From Candidatus Multivoradales bacterium (lineage in GTDB: Bacteria > Acidobacteriota > Thermoanaerobaculia > Multivoradales > JAHEKO01): DNA of 64,000 nucleotides. Positions 53,837 through 63,534 of the stretch are shown piece after piece. The notes under the pieces are model-generated. The model worked only from the letters and a program-made list of their open reading frames with translations, was not told where the DNA came from and did not search any database. The DNA lies in assembly GCA_965223155.1 (NCBI GenBank), contig CBDCVR010000015.1, positions 1,024,001 to 1,088,000 of the forward strand. The letters run 5' to 3'. Position 1 is the stretch's first letter. Every line of letters begins with the position of its first letter. The translations under genes and the position numbers were made by a program.

Positions 53837-54235
53837 CTAGTGCGCCGGCGACGTCTCGAGCGTGGCCAGCCAATCCAGGATCGCGGTCAGCTCCTCGTCG
53901 GTACCTTTGAATTCCTTCTTGTGTTGCTTGTCGTCTTTGAGCACGTCCCGCTTGATGTATTGGAACGCCCACTCGACGTCGAGCTCGCTGCTCGAGCTGA
54001 GATCGGGTCCCTTCATCTTGTCGGACTTGGTCTTGGCGGCAATGTCAACAGCCTCGACCGAGTGGCAGAGGTTGCACTTCAGAGCGACGAAGGCTTCCTG
54101 GCCCGCGGCCGCCTCCGAAGCTGCGGCTGCGGTCGGGAAGGCCAGGATGGCAGCCATCAGGAAGAGGACCGGCACTGCCAGTGGCAGCGCTGGGTAGAGC
54201 GGGGTCGAAGGACGATTCTGGGTTCTTGCTTTCAT
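53837..54235 (-). CDS. Monoheme periplasmic cytochrome c (MtoD-like position)
   Basis: Signal peptide, CNLCH, GPDLS; GAAGGA ribosome binding site. Confidence 0.85.
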   Translation of the reverse strand: MKARTQNRPSTPLYPALPLAVPVLFLMAAILAFPTAAAASEAAAGQEAFVALKCNLCHSVEAVDIAAKTKSDKMKGPDLSSSSELDVEWAFQYIKRDVLKDDKQHKKEFKGTDEELTAILDWLATLETSPAH

Positions 54236-54480
54236 GGTCTGTTCCTTCGTTTGGATTCTTGCCTCGGATCTCGAGAGCCTCTCGGCGTCGGAGAGAATCT
54301 TCTTCCACACGCCATTGAACCATTGCTGCCGGTCCAATGCGCCACCCGCGCGGGTGGTCCACTGAGCTACCCGGTGGACGCACCCAGCGGCCTGGAGGAA
54401 AGCGCGACGAAACTTCGGACGCCGCCGGGATCGCGATAGGGTCGGACGGCTTTTCGAAACGCTCTTCCAGGGGGTCGCCC

Positions 54481-57126
54481 ATGATCGTAGTCCTCGATGG
54501 TTTCCAACAGCCTCGGTGCCGGGCCCGCTTCGCGGCTCGGGTGCTTCTGTTGTTGTCCGCGGCCGTAGCCGCCGCCGGAGGCGCTCCGGCCTTGGCGCAG
54601 GCGCCCATCCTTCAGCCCGGCCCGCCCGGCGAGCCGGCGCGCGTGCTCAGCCCCGAAGAGGCCATCGACATCGCCGAGACCGGCCATTCGCCCGCCGACG
54701 TGCGCTTCCTCCAGGACATGATTCCTCATCACCACCAGGCTCTGGAGATGGCGGCTCTCGTGGCCGACCGCACCAACCGGCAAGAGCTGCTGGACGTCGC
54801 CGGCCGTATCGACGCGTCGCAGCAGGACGAGATCGCCTTTATGCAGCGCTGGCTGGCCGAGCGTGGCGAGAGCGCTCCGGACCCTGCCGCGCATGACGCC
54901 ATGCACACCAGCCATGCGATGGCGGGCATGGCCACGCCCGAGCAGATGACCGAGCTGGCCGCCGCCGAGGGCGCCGCCTTCGACCGGCTCTTCCTGACCC
55001 TCATGATCGCCCACCATGAGGGCGCCGTGACCATGGTCGAAGAGCTCCTCGAACAGCCCGGCTCGGCCTACGACCCGGTTCTCTTCGAGTTCACGAGCGA
55101 GGTCACCAACGACCAGACGGCCGAGATCGAGCGCATGCACGCGCTTCTGGTCGGGCTGTCCGAGGATCCCCGGGCGGCTCTTTCGGCGGGCTTCGCGGAC
55201 GCCGGCGAGGCGGCCTGGAACCTCCAGAAGGTCGCCTCGCTCGGCAAGCCCGCGGGCTTTTTCGATCCGGAGAACCCGGCCGGCCTTCCCCCGGAGCGGC
55301 CCAAGAAGGATGGCGAAACCGAGTCTTCGGTGCAGACCCCAGAAGAGCCGCATTCGCACTCCACGGAGCATGCCGAAGCCGCGGTCGACCCCGGCGAAGA
55401 AGCGGCTCACGAGACGGCCGGGGACGGCGAAGGTGAGACCGAGGAACCGGCCCAGGAACCGGAAGACGACGACGAAGACGACGACTCAGACCGCCGGTCC
55501 CCCCTTCTCTCCTTCGCCAATACCGACATGGCGTTCGCCGGCGACCTGCTGGTGGCCGGCAACTACCATGGCTTCAACGTCTACCGGTTGGCCGCTCCCG
55601 ACGAACCGGCGACCGCGCCGGAGCTCTTGAGCTCGGTGGTCTGCCCGGGCGGTCAAGGCGACGTCTCGATCGTCGGCGATCTCTTGATCCTGTCGGTCGA
55701 GCAGACGCGCGGCCGGGTGGATTGCGGCCTCGAGGGTGTTGCCAAGGACGTGAGCCCCGAGCGCTTCCGAGGGTTGCGGATCTTCGACATCGGCGATCCG
55801 GCCCGGCCGGTCCAGGTCGGCCAGGTTCAGACCTGCCGGGGCTCGCACACCCACTCCGTGGTCTCGGGTCCCCACATGAAGGGCCACGAAGACGACGCCA
55901 AGATCATCGTCTACAACTCGGGAACCAGCTCGATCCGAGAGGAAGACGAGCTCGAGGGCTGTGTCGACGAGGCTCCGGGCGACGACCGCACCGCGCTCTT
56001 CCGGATCGACGTCATCGAGATTCCGGTGGAGGATCCGGCGAGCGCGCGCATCGTCCACAGTCCGGCGGTCTTCGCCGATGCCGAGACCGGAGCCTTGGCC
56101 GGTCTGTGGCGGGGAGGGGATCACGGCGACGAGACTCAGGAGACCCGGCGCACCGATCAGTGTCACGACATCACCGTGTTTCCGGAGCGCGATCTCGCGG
56201 CCGGGGCGTGCTCGGGCAACGGCATCCTCTTCGACATCTCCGACCCGCTGGCGCCGAAGCGCCTGGACGCGGTGGTGGACAGGGGCTTCGCCTACTGGCA
56301 CTCGGCCACCTTCAACAACGATGGCACCAAGGTTCTCTTCACCGACGAGTGGGGCGGCGGCAGCCGGCCCCGCTGCCGGGCCTACGATCCGCTCGACTGG
56401 GGCGCGGACGCGATCTACGACATCGTCGAGACCGAGGCCGGACCCAAGCTCGAGTTCCGCGCCCACTACAAGATGCCGGCGCCGCAGCTGGAAGAGGAAA
56501 ACTGCGTCGCCCACAACGGCTCGGTGATTCCGGTGCCCGGGCGCGATCTCTTCGTCCAGGCCTGGTACCAGGGCGGCTTGTCGGTGGTGGAGTTCACCGA
56601 CTCGGCCCATCCGGTCGAGGTCGCCTACTACGACCGCGGGCCGATCGATGCCGACGAGCTGGTCCTGGGTGGCTACTGGTCGACCTACTGGTACCGGGGC
56701 CGCATCTACGGCACCGAGATCGCCCGGGGGCTCGACGTTTTCGAGCTGGTTCCGAGCGAGCACCTGAGCGCCAGCGAGATCGCCGCCGCCCGGCTGGCCG
56801 ACGAGGGCGGCCTCTTCAACCCGCAGCAGCAGTTCCACGTGCCCTGGCCGGCCGAGCCGATGGTCGCCCGTGCCTACCTGGATCAGTTGCAACGGGGAGA
56901 AGAAAGTGCCCCGGAGCTGGTGACCGGATTGGCCGCCGAACTCGACCGGGCGGAGGCCATGCTGGCGGCGGGATCGGCCGACCCGGAGCTAGCCGATGCG
57001 CTCGAAGCCCGGGCGTCCGCGGTCGCGGACACCGGTTCGCCAGGCAAAGCGCTCGAGGTGCTCCTCGGCGAGCTCGCCAGCCGGTTGCGGCCAGGTAGCG
57101 AGAAGCCAGCCGGCGGATCGAGATGA
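54481..57126 (+). CDS. Secreted DUF305 plus LVIVD-like beta-propeller fusion protein
   Basis: DVRFLQDMIPHHHQA and MIAHHEGA (DUF305); CPGGQGDVS, TCRGSHTH, CHDITV, YWHSATF, CVAHNG. Start uncertain. Confidence 0.8.
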   Translation: MIVVLDGFQQPRCRARFAARVLLLLSAAVAAAGGAPALAQAPILQPGPPGEPARVLSPEEAIDIAETGHSPADVRFLQDMIPHHHQALEMAALVADRTNRQELLDVAGRIDASQQDEIAFMQRWLAERGESAPDPAAHDAMHTSHAMAGMATPEQMTELAAAEGAAFDRLFLTLMIAHHEGAVTMVEELLEQPGSAYDPVLFEFTSEVTNDQTAEIERMHALLVGLSEDPRAALSAGFADAGEAAWNLQKVASLGKPAGFFDPENPAGLPPERPKKDGETESSVQTPEEPHSHSTEHAEAAVDPGEEAAHETAGDGEGETEEPAQEPEDDDEDDDSDRRSPLLSFANTDMAFAGDLLVAGNYHGFNVYRLAAPDEPATAPELLSSVVCPGGQGDVSIVGDLLILSVEQTRGRVDCGLEGVAKDVSPERFRGLRIFDIGDPARPVQVGQVQTCRGSHTHSVVSGPHMKGHEDDAKIIVYNSGTSSIREEDELEGCVDEAPGDDRTALFRIDVIEIPVEDPASARIVHSPAVFADAETGALAGLWRGGDHGDETQETRRTDQCHDITVFPERDLAAGACSGNGILFDISDPLAPKRLDAVVDRGFAYWHSATFNNDGTKVLFTDEWGGGSRPRCRAYDPLDWGADAIYDIVETEAGPKLEFRAHYKMPAPQLEEENCVAHNGSVIPVPGRDLFVQAWYQGGLSVVEFTDSAHPVEVAYYDRGPIDADELVLGGYWSTYWYRGRIYGTEIARGLDVFELVPSEHLSASEIAAARLADEGGLFNPQQQFHVPWPAEPMVARAYLDQLQRGEESAPELVTGLAAELDRAEAMLAAGSADPELADALEARASAVADTGSPGKALEVLLGELASRLRPGSEKPAGGSR

Positions 57127-57284
57127 GGCCGCCGCGCAGGATCCGGCAGCGAGTCCCGGTCCGGCCCGAGCGTCGGCCCTGAGGTCAAGGCAGGCTCCGG
57201 ACCCCAGGGGCTGCCCGTAGTCCATCGCGGCCGGGGTGTCGCGGAGGGTCAAGATGAGGACAGGAATCCACCGGGCGCATTCGT

Positions 57285-57293
57285 TGGTACACT
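57285..57293 (+). promoter_or_regulatory. Extended -10 element of ssrA
   Basis: TG-G-TACACT about 30 nt upstream of the mature tmRNA 5' end. Confidence 0.5.
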
Positions 57294-57321
57294 AGGTGAC
57301 GGTTCTTTGAGCGACCGAGCT

Positions 57322-57673
57322 GGGGGCGCCTGGTTTCGACGGGGAACAAGGCGGTTCCGGAGCTGCGTGTCGAGTTTCCGCTCGCTAAAACGGAAACCTA
57401 TACTTGCCAACCACAATTTGGCTCTGGCTGCTTAAACCAAGCAACCACGCTCTCGAGGAAGCCTTGACTTGCGGCGTCTTCGAAGAGCGACACTAAAGTA
57501 GGTCGAAGGGTACGCGACGCCCCGTAGCGTGCCCGGATCCTTACGGGGCTGGCCTGCCGGGCGGTGGCCGTCAACCCAATCCGGCAAGCGAGACACCAAA
57601 CCGACGGCTATGCACGTAGACGCTTCGGGGACGCGTTCTTCGGACGTGGGTTCGAATCCCACCGCCTCCACCA
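57322..57673 (+). ncRNA. ssrA: tmRNA; tag peptide (A)ANHNLALAA at 57406-57435
   Basis: 5' GGGGGCG...TTCGAC, tag ORF ending ALAA*, 3' GGTTCGAATCCCACCGCCTCCACCA. Confidence 0.96.
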
Positions 57674-57691
57674 TCTCGCTTCGCTCAACGT

Positions 57692-58195
57692 TCAACCCGG
57701 CGCCAGGGGTGGCGGCAGAGCCTCGCCCGGCTCGTCTCGGGTCGTGGCATCCCCGAAGGCCAGCTCGAGGAAATCGGTCAGGCTCGCGTTGCGGACGCGG
57801 GAGGTCACGAGGAACCAGGCCGAGAAGGCCAGAACGAAGGCGAGGGGCGCCAGGCCCGCGAGCCGGGGAACCAACGGCCAGAGGACGAGGGTAACCCCGC
57901 CCAGGGCTCCCAGACACGAGATGACGAAAGCCGAAGTGTGGAGCCGGTACCGCTCTTCGGTCACCGAGACGGCAACGCTCGCTCCACGGCCCGAGGGCTC
58001 GATTGCGACCTCGGCGAGGAGCAGGCCGTGACGGAGCCCGGCGCTGACCGGAAGCTCGAGGGTGCCGCCGGTGGATCTCGTCCCATCGCCCCCGGAGCGC
58101 CAGCTTCCGCCCCAGATCTCGGCGGCACCGCCGAGCGCGGCCGGGACTTCGGCCGGGCTGAGATCGACCTCGAGGCGGCGGATTTCGGACGGCAT
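57692..58195 (-). CDS. Hypothetical membrane protein
   Basis: ATG-started ORF with two C-terminal hydrophobic helices; fills the gap after the GNAT gene. Confidence 0.6.
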   Translation of the reverse strand: MPSEIRRLEVDLSPAEVPAALGGAAEIWGGSWRSGGDGTRSTGGTLELPVSAGLRHGLLLAEVAIEPSGRGASVAVSVTEERYRLHTSAFVISCLGALGGVTLVLWPLVPRLAGLAPLAFVLAFSAWFLVTSRVRNASLTDFLELAFGDATTRDEPGEALPPPLAPG

Positions 58196-58260
58196 GGTGT
58201 CTGAGAATGCCCAGGCCTAGACGGTTCGGCTTCTGGATCGAGCGTCGCGCCGGCCGAGCG

Positions 58261-58779
58261 TCACGAGTCCGCCTCTCCGGCTTCGTCGAAGGCCACGTGA
58301 TACCTCACCGTCCCGGCCGCGCCGTCCAGAGAGCCCGGAACCAGTTCGAGCACGAAAAAGACGTCCTCGGGCACGTCCCAAGTCGAACGAATTCCGAAGC
58401 GGGCCGCGGGCTCGAAACCGAAGCGCGGGTAGTAGTCGGGATGACCGAGCACCACGACCGCGCCCACGCCCCGCTCGCGACAGGCGGCGAGCCCGGCCTG
58501 GACAAGACGGGATCCGATGCCCTGGCGCTGGCGGTCGGGGACCACCGCCATGGGCGCGAGCCCCATGAGATCGAGGTCCTCGCGTCCGTCGAGGATGACG
58601 GGCGTCAACAGGATGTGTCCGATGACGGCATCCTCGTCCTCGGCGACGAGAGAGACATTGGGCGTGGCACGCTCGCGCAGGACGTCGACGAGCTCCGCCT
58701 CCATCGGCGTTTCGAACGCGGCCGCGTTGACGGCGTGGACCGCGGCCCGGTCGTGGGCTTCTTCCTTGCGGATCCTCAT
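58261..58779 (-). CDS. GNAT N-acetyltransferase (YhbS-like)
   Basis: LAPMAVVPDRQRQGIGSRLV, VLGHPDYYPRFGF. Confidence 0.92.
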   Translation of the reverse strand: MRIRKEEAHDRAAVHAVNAAAFETPMEAELVDVLRERATPNVSLVAEDEDAVIGHILLTPVILDGREDLDLMGLAPMAVVPDRQRQGIGSRLVQAGLAACRERGVGAVVVLGHPDYYPRFGFEPAARFGIRSTWDVPEDVFFVLELVPGSLDGAAGTVRYHVAFDEAGEADS

Positions 58780-58843
58780 GGCCGGGCCAGCGCAGTGAGC
58801 CTCCAGGGATCCTGCCCAGACCGGGGCCGGCTCCGCCTCGGTG

Positions 58844-59965
58844 TCACTCGAGAGCCTGTCCGCTGGCTTCCAGGAACGCCCGCTCGAAGGTAGCCGGCAC
58901 GAAGTCGTCGAAGGCGCGCTCGGCGATCGGGTCGGGCGAGCCGTCCTCGGCGCGGGTCCAGGCGGCACGGAGACGGCCGAAGGTGTCCGAAGCCAGGAAC
59001 CACGCTTCGGCCGGCTCGATCTCGGCGTGACGGGTCGCGGCGACCCTGGCCTGGGCGACGATCGCCTCAAGAAGCTCGCGCACCGCGATTAGATGGTCTT
59101 TCCCCTCGCGAACGCGGCCGTGGCCCGGGATCAACACCCGCCATTCGAGAGCTTCGAGCTCGCGCAGAACTTCGATCCAGGCGGAGGGATAGCCGTGGCC
59201 GCCGAAGGGCAGATCATCGACGACATCGCCGGTGACGAGAACGCCGGCGGCGGGAAGGTGAACCAGCAGATCGCCGCGGGTGTGTGCCTCTGCGGTGCGA
59301 AGGACGATGTCGCCGGTTGGCCGGTGGAGGGTGAGCGTCCCCTCGATGGCAACGGTCGGGACCACCCAGCGCACCTCGTCCAGTCCTTCGAGACGGTTCT
59401 TGGCGCGCTCGATCTGGCCGGCCAAGAGCTCCTTGCCCGTTTGGTCGAGCTCCGCCCCCTGGCGGTCGATGCCTTCGGCCAAACGCGTTTCGGCGGCGGG
59501 GATCTCGCGCCGGTAAAGCGCAATCTCTTGGTCGAGATCGGGCGCGGCGCGGTTGGGAATGTCTTCGACCAGGCTCTTGTGGCCGAGAATCTCGATCTCG
59601 GGATGGGCGTCTTGGAAGAGGTAGTTCGTGCGCGTGTGGTCGCTATGGAAATGGCTGTTAGCGAGATACCTGACCGGTTTTGGGCTAAGCGTCGGCACCA
59701 GCGCGAGGATCGCCCGGGCGGTCTCGAGATCCGCGGGCGCGTCAATCACTACCAGCTCGCGGTCGGTTTCGATCAGGGCGACGTTGGCGTCGTTGAAGCG
59801 ATTCGCTTCCGGCTGGCGCGCCACCCAGACGCCCTCGGCGACAGCCTCGAGGACAAACGGAGAATCGTCGCTCGCGGTGGCGGTCGCTGTTCCCAAGGCA
59901 AGAGCCGCAGTCGCAAGAGCCGCCACGAGCCGAACGCTTTGTGGAGCGCCGCTGCCGAACGGCAC
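58844..59965 (-). CDS. Secreted metallo-beta-lactamase-fold hydrolase
   Basis: Signal peptide, SHFHSDH, AHTRGD, TGD, IPGHG. Confidence 0.88.
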   Translation of the reverse strand: MPFGSGAPQSVRLVAALATAALALGTATATASDDSPFVLEAVAEGVWVARQPEANRFNDANVALIETDRELVVIDAPADLETARAILALVPTLSPKPVRYLANSHFHSDHTRTNYLFQDAHPEIEILGHKSLVEDIPNRAAPDLDQEIALYRREIPAAETRLAEGIDRQGAELDQTGKELLAGQIERAKNRLEGLDEVRWVVPTVAIEGTLTLHRPTGDIVLRTAEAHTRGDLLVHLPAAGVLVTGDVVDDLPFGGHGYPSAWIEVLRELEALEWRVLIPGHGRVREGKDHLIAVRELLEAIVAQARVAATRHAEIEPAEAWFLASDTFGRLRAAWTRAEDGSPDPIAERAFDDFVPATFERAFLEASGQALE

Positions 59966-60976
59966 CTAGGCGGCCTCGCGCAGCAGGAGCTCGTCGAAGA
60001 ACTCCTCGACCGCGGCCAGGAAGGTCTCGACGTCCGGGAGCTGGTTGATCCGGCGCCGAAGCTTGGCTCCGTGCGGCAGGCCGTGGGTGTACCAGCCGGT
60101 GAACTTGCGGAGCTTGTGGAGCGCGAAGCGCGAGGGCTCGCGCTCGGCCAGCATGCGGAAGTGGGTCAGGATGAGGTCCCGCCGGTCCCGGGTGGTGGGC
60201 TCTTCGTAGTCGCTGCCGTCCAGGCGGGCGGCGATCTGGCGGAAAAGCCAGGGATTCTTGGTGGCGCCGCGACCGACCATGGCTCCGTCGCAGCCGGTCT
60301 CGGCCAGCATGCGGACGGCGTCGTCGGCCGTGCGTACGTCGCCGTTGCCGAAGACCGGGATCGACAACGCTTTCTTGAGGCGGGCGATCTCGGACCAATC
60401 GGCCTCGCCCGAAAACATCTGCTTGGCGGTTCGAGCGTGCATGGCGACCGCCGCGGCCCCTTGGTCTTCGCAGATGCGGCCGAGCTCGAGATAGCTCTTG
60501 TCGGTGTCGCGCAGGCCCAATCGGAATTTGACGGTAAGCGGGATCGTGAGCGCTCGGCGCACCTCCCGGATCATGCGCTCGGCGAGCTTCAGGTCACCCA
60601 TGAGGGCGGCGCCGGCGCAGCCTTTCAGGACCTTGTTGGCCGGGCAGCCCATGTTGATGTCGCACAGATCCGGCCCCAGGGACTCGACGATGCGGGCGGC
60701 CTCGACCATGGTGTCGACGTCCGAACCGTAGATCTGGATCGAGAGCGGCCGCTCCTCGTCGGCAAAAGCCATGAGGTCGCGGGTCTTCTGGTTGCCCTGG
60801 ACGATGGCCTTCGAAGAGATGAACTCCATGGTCACCACGCCGACGCCGCCGATGCGCCGGATGAGGAGCCGGAAGTCCCGATCCGTGACCCCGGCCATCG
60901 GGGCCAGAACCAGCGGCGGATCGACCCGAACGGTGCCGATCGAAACGGCCGGAGAACCCTTCGTCATCGGCCGCAT
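59966..60976 (-). CDS. dusB: tRNA dihydrouridine synthase B
   Basis: LAPMAGVTD, DINMGCP, TVKFRLG, HART, GNGD, MVGRG. Confidence 0.93.
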   Translation of the reverse strand: MRPMTKGSPAVSIGTVRVDPPLVLAPMAGVTDRDFRLLIRRIGGVGVVTMEFISSKAIVQGNQKTRDLMAFADEERPLSIQIYGSDVDTMVEAARIVESLGPDLCDINMGCPANKVLKGCAGAALMGDLKLAERMIREVRRALTIPLTVKFRLGLRDTDKSYLELGRICEDQGAAAVAMHARTAKQMFSGEADWSEIARLKKALSIPVFGNGDVRTADDAVRMLAETGCDGAMVGRGATKNPWLFRQIAARLDGSDYEEPTTRDRRDLILTHFRMLAEREPSRFALHKLRKFTGWYTHGLPHGAKLRRRINQLPDVETFLAAVEEFFDELLLREAA

Positions 60977-61079
60977 TGTATCGAGGAAGCCTGGCCGGGC
61001 TGGCTACCGACGTCTCTTGGCAGCCGGGCTGATAGCCTGATTCTGGCAGCAGCGGCTGTCGGCATGCTGCTAGAAAACG

Positions 61080-61838
61080 ATGGCCTGGTACAAGGATTGG
61101 TTCGGGGAGAAGTACCTCGAGCTCTATGCCCACCGGGACGCGGGCGAAGCGGCCCGTCACGTGGCCTTCGTAGAGCGAGTCTTCGCCGGCGAGTCACCGC
61201 GGGCGGTGCTGGATCTGGCCTGTGGGGCCGGACGGCACACGGAGGTGCTCCGGGAGCGCGGCATTCGCACCGTGGGCGTGGATCTCTCGCTGACGCTTCT
61301 GGCGCAGCCGCCGGTGCTGCCGCGGGTTGCGGGCGACATGGGCCAGTTGCCGTTCGCGGCCGCGAGCTTTGACTGGGTGCTCAATTTCTTTACCTCGTTC
61401 GGATACTTCGAGACGGAGCGGGCCAATTTCCGGGTGCTAGAAGAGATGGTCCGGGTGCTCCGGCCCGACGGCCGCTTTCTGGTCGACCTCTTCAACCGCG
61501 AGCGGGTGCTGGCCGGTCTGGTGGCCGAAGAGACGCAGGAGCACGACGGCTACCGGGCCGAGATCGAGCGCTGGTTCGACGAGGAGACCCAGCGGGTGAA
61601 CAAGCGCATGCGCCTGATTCCAACAGGTGCGACAGGGTCGGCCGGAATGGGCGGTACGGGCGGGAGTGCCAGGGTCGAGACGTATCTCGAGAGCGTGCGC
61701 GCCTACCGTCCCGAAGAGGTCACGATTGGAATGAAATGGGCCGGCCTGGAGGTTGATGCTCTATACGGAAGCTTCGACGGAGTACCTTTTGCGAGCGACA
61801 GTGAGCGACTTATCCTCGTCGGCCGCCGGCAGCGCTAG
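61080..61838 (+). CDS. Class I SAM-dependent methyltransferase (NmbA-like candidate)
   Basis: WFGEKYLELYAHRD, VLDLACGAGRH, FTSFGYF; overlaps bshC. Confidence 0.88.
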   Translation: MAWYKDWFGEKYLELYAHRDAGEAARHVAFVERVFAGESPRAVLDLACGAGRHTEVLRERGIRTVGVDLSLTLLAQPPVLPRVAGDMGQLPFAAASFDWVLNFFTSFGYFETERANFRVLEEMVRVLRPDGRFLVDLFNRERVLAGLVAEETQEHDGYRAEIERWFDEETQRVNKRMRLIPTGATGSAGMGGTGGSARVETYLESVRAYRPEEVTIGMKWAGLEVDALYGSFDGVPFASDSERLILVGRRQR

Positions 61839-63534
61839 CGATTCCGCTGCCGAGCCCGGCGTCTGTACGCCGGGCCCGGGGACCGACGCGCGGCCGCTGC
61901 TGCCGGTTCTGCCGCGGGCCTTTCTGGATGGCCGCGATCTGGATCTCCTGAGTCCCCTCCGTTGGGTATCGTCCGCCGAGGTGCGCGCCACGGCCGGTCC
62001 GCTGGCTATCGACCCGCCCGAGGTCGATCGCACCGCGATCGCCGAGGCGTTGGCGTTGACCAACGCGTCCTACGGACATCCACGAGCCCAAGAGCTGGCG
62101 AAGAAGCTGGCCGATCCCGCGACCGCGGTGGTCGTGACGGGCCAGCAGCCGGGTCTGCTGGGCGGGCCGCTCTACGCGGTCTCGAAAGCGGTAGCCGCTG
62201 CGAGCTGGGCCGAACGTCTGGAAGCCGCCGGCACGCCGGCGGTCGCGGTCTTCTGGATCGCAACCGAGGACCATGACTACCGCGAAGTCGCGAGGGCTGC
62301 GATTCCGGCGGGGGCGGCCGGAGACGGCGCGGGCGGAGATCTTGTCCGGCTCGATCTGGGCGAGGATCCGGCGCCGTTGCGGCCGGTCGGGATCCGTTCC
62401 TTGGGACCGGGTGTCGAGAGCGTCTTCGAAGGGCTCCGCGCCGGCGGCCGAGGGACACGCTTCGAGGGCTGGCTAGAGCAGCTCGCCCAGTGGTACCGGC
62501 CGGACGCCCGCTTCGGAGAGGCGTTCGCAAGGCTCATGGCGGGGATCTTGGGCGAGCGCTGCCCGCTGCTCTCGGATGCCCTGCTACCGGCTCTAAAAGA
62601 GGCCGAGGCGTCCTGGCTCGAGCGCTTCGTCGCCCACCACGACGAGTTGGTCGCCGAGTACGCTCGGCGCGATCGAGAGGTCGAGGCTCGTGGGTACCCG
62701 CTTCAGGTCTCGCCGCAGGCGGCCGAGCTCGGACTGACGCCTCTGTTTTTTCTGCAAGGTCTCGAGCGCCGGCGCATCTCGATTCGGGACGGCAAGATCG
62801 GTCTGCGCGGGCTAGCGGAATTCGCGCAACCCGCAAGCTGGCTGGAAGCGGCCATCGCCGAGAATCCGGCGGTGGTCAGCCCGGGGGTGCTCGCCCGTCC
62901 GGCCATCCAGGATGCGGTCCTGGGCACGGCCCTTCAGGTGCTGGGTCCGGGCGAGGTGTCGTACATGCCCCAGGCGGCGGCACCGTATGAGGTGCTCGGC
63001 ATCCCGGCGCCGCGGGTGGCGCTCCGGCCGCAGGCGCTCGTCTTGAGCCGGAACGAGATGGCCAAGCTCGAAGCCACGGGGATGGAACTGGGCGATCTCT
63101 TGGCGCCGGACTTCGAGCTGGACAGCGCCCTGGCCGGGGGCGAGGGCGAGAGCGTGGTCGCCGCGGCGGCGGCGGGCATCGTCGGCGAGCTCGAGCGGTT
63201 GCGCGCCGCGGCCGAAAGCCTGGATCCGAGCCTGATCGGACCGTGGACCAAGACCCGGGGCCAGATCGAGAAGGCACTGACGGTTTTTGCCGGCAAGGTT
63301 GACCGCGCTCTCGGCCGCCGGGACGAGATCGCCCGGCAGCGGGTGGCGGCGCTGCGCGCCGCGTGCCGGCCGGACGGCGTGCCGCAGGAGCGGGTGGTCG
63401 CGGCCGCCTGGTTTCCGGGGAAGTTCGGTTCCGCCCTGGCCGAGGCCTACTTCCGAGACCTGGATCTGGACCCGGCAGGGGTTTCGGTGGTGGTGCCCGA
63501 CCGAACGCCCGCCGCCGGGGAGGGATCGCCATGA
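61801..63534 (+). CDS. bshC: Bacillithiol biosynthesis cysteine-adding enzyme BshC
   Basis: VVTGQQPGLLGGPLY, VFWIATEDHD, SPGVLARP..QD, GPGEVSY, PQER. Start approximate. Confidence 0.9.
   Translation: MSDLSSSAAGSASDSAAEPGVCTPGPGTDARPLLPVLPRAFLDGRDLDLLSPLRWVSSAEVRATAGPLAIDPPEVDRTAIAEALALTNASYGHPRAQELAKKLADPATAVVVTGQQPGLLGGPLYAVSKAVAAASWAERLEAAGTPAVAVFWIATEDHDYREVARAAIPAGAAGDGAGGDLVRLDLGEDPAPLRPVGIRSLGPGVESVFEGLRAGGRGTRFEGWLEQLAQWYRPDARFGEAFARLMAGILGERCPLLSDALLPALKEAEASWLERFVAHHDELVAEYARRDREVEARGYPLQVSPQAAELGLTPLFFLQGLERRRISIRDGKIGLRGLAEFAQPASWLEAAIAENPAVVSPGVLARPAIQDAVLGTALQVLGPGEVSYMPQAAAPYEVLGIPAPRVALRPQALVLSRNEMAKLEATGMELGDLLAPDFELDSALAGGEGESVVAAAAAGIVGELERLRAAAESLDPSLIGPWTKTRGQIEKALTVFAGKVDRALGRRDEIARQRVAALRAACRPDGVPQERVVAAAWFPGKFGSALAEAYFRDLDLDPAGVSVVVPDRTPAAGEGSP

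Noticed and set aside
57674-58260. Integrative element at the ssrA 3' end
   Set aside because: No integrase, no duplicated ssrA end and no compositional shift.
58844-59965. True metallo-beta-lactamase resistance gene
   Set aside because: The HxHxDH fold is generic; a long helical insert and the context fit an uncharacterised MBL-fold hydrolase.
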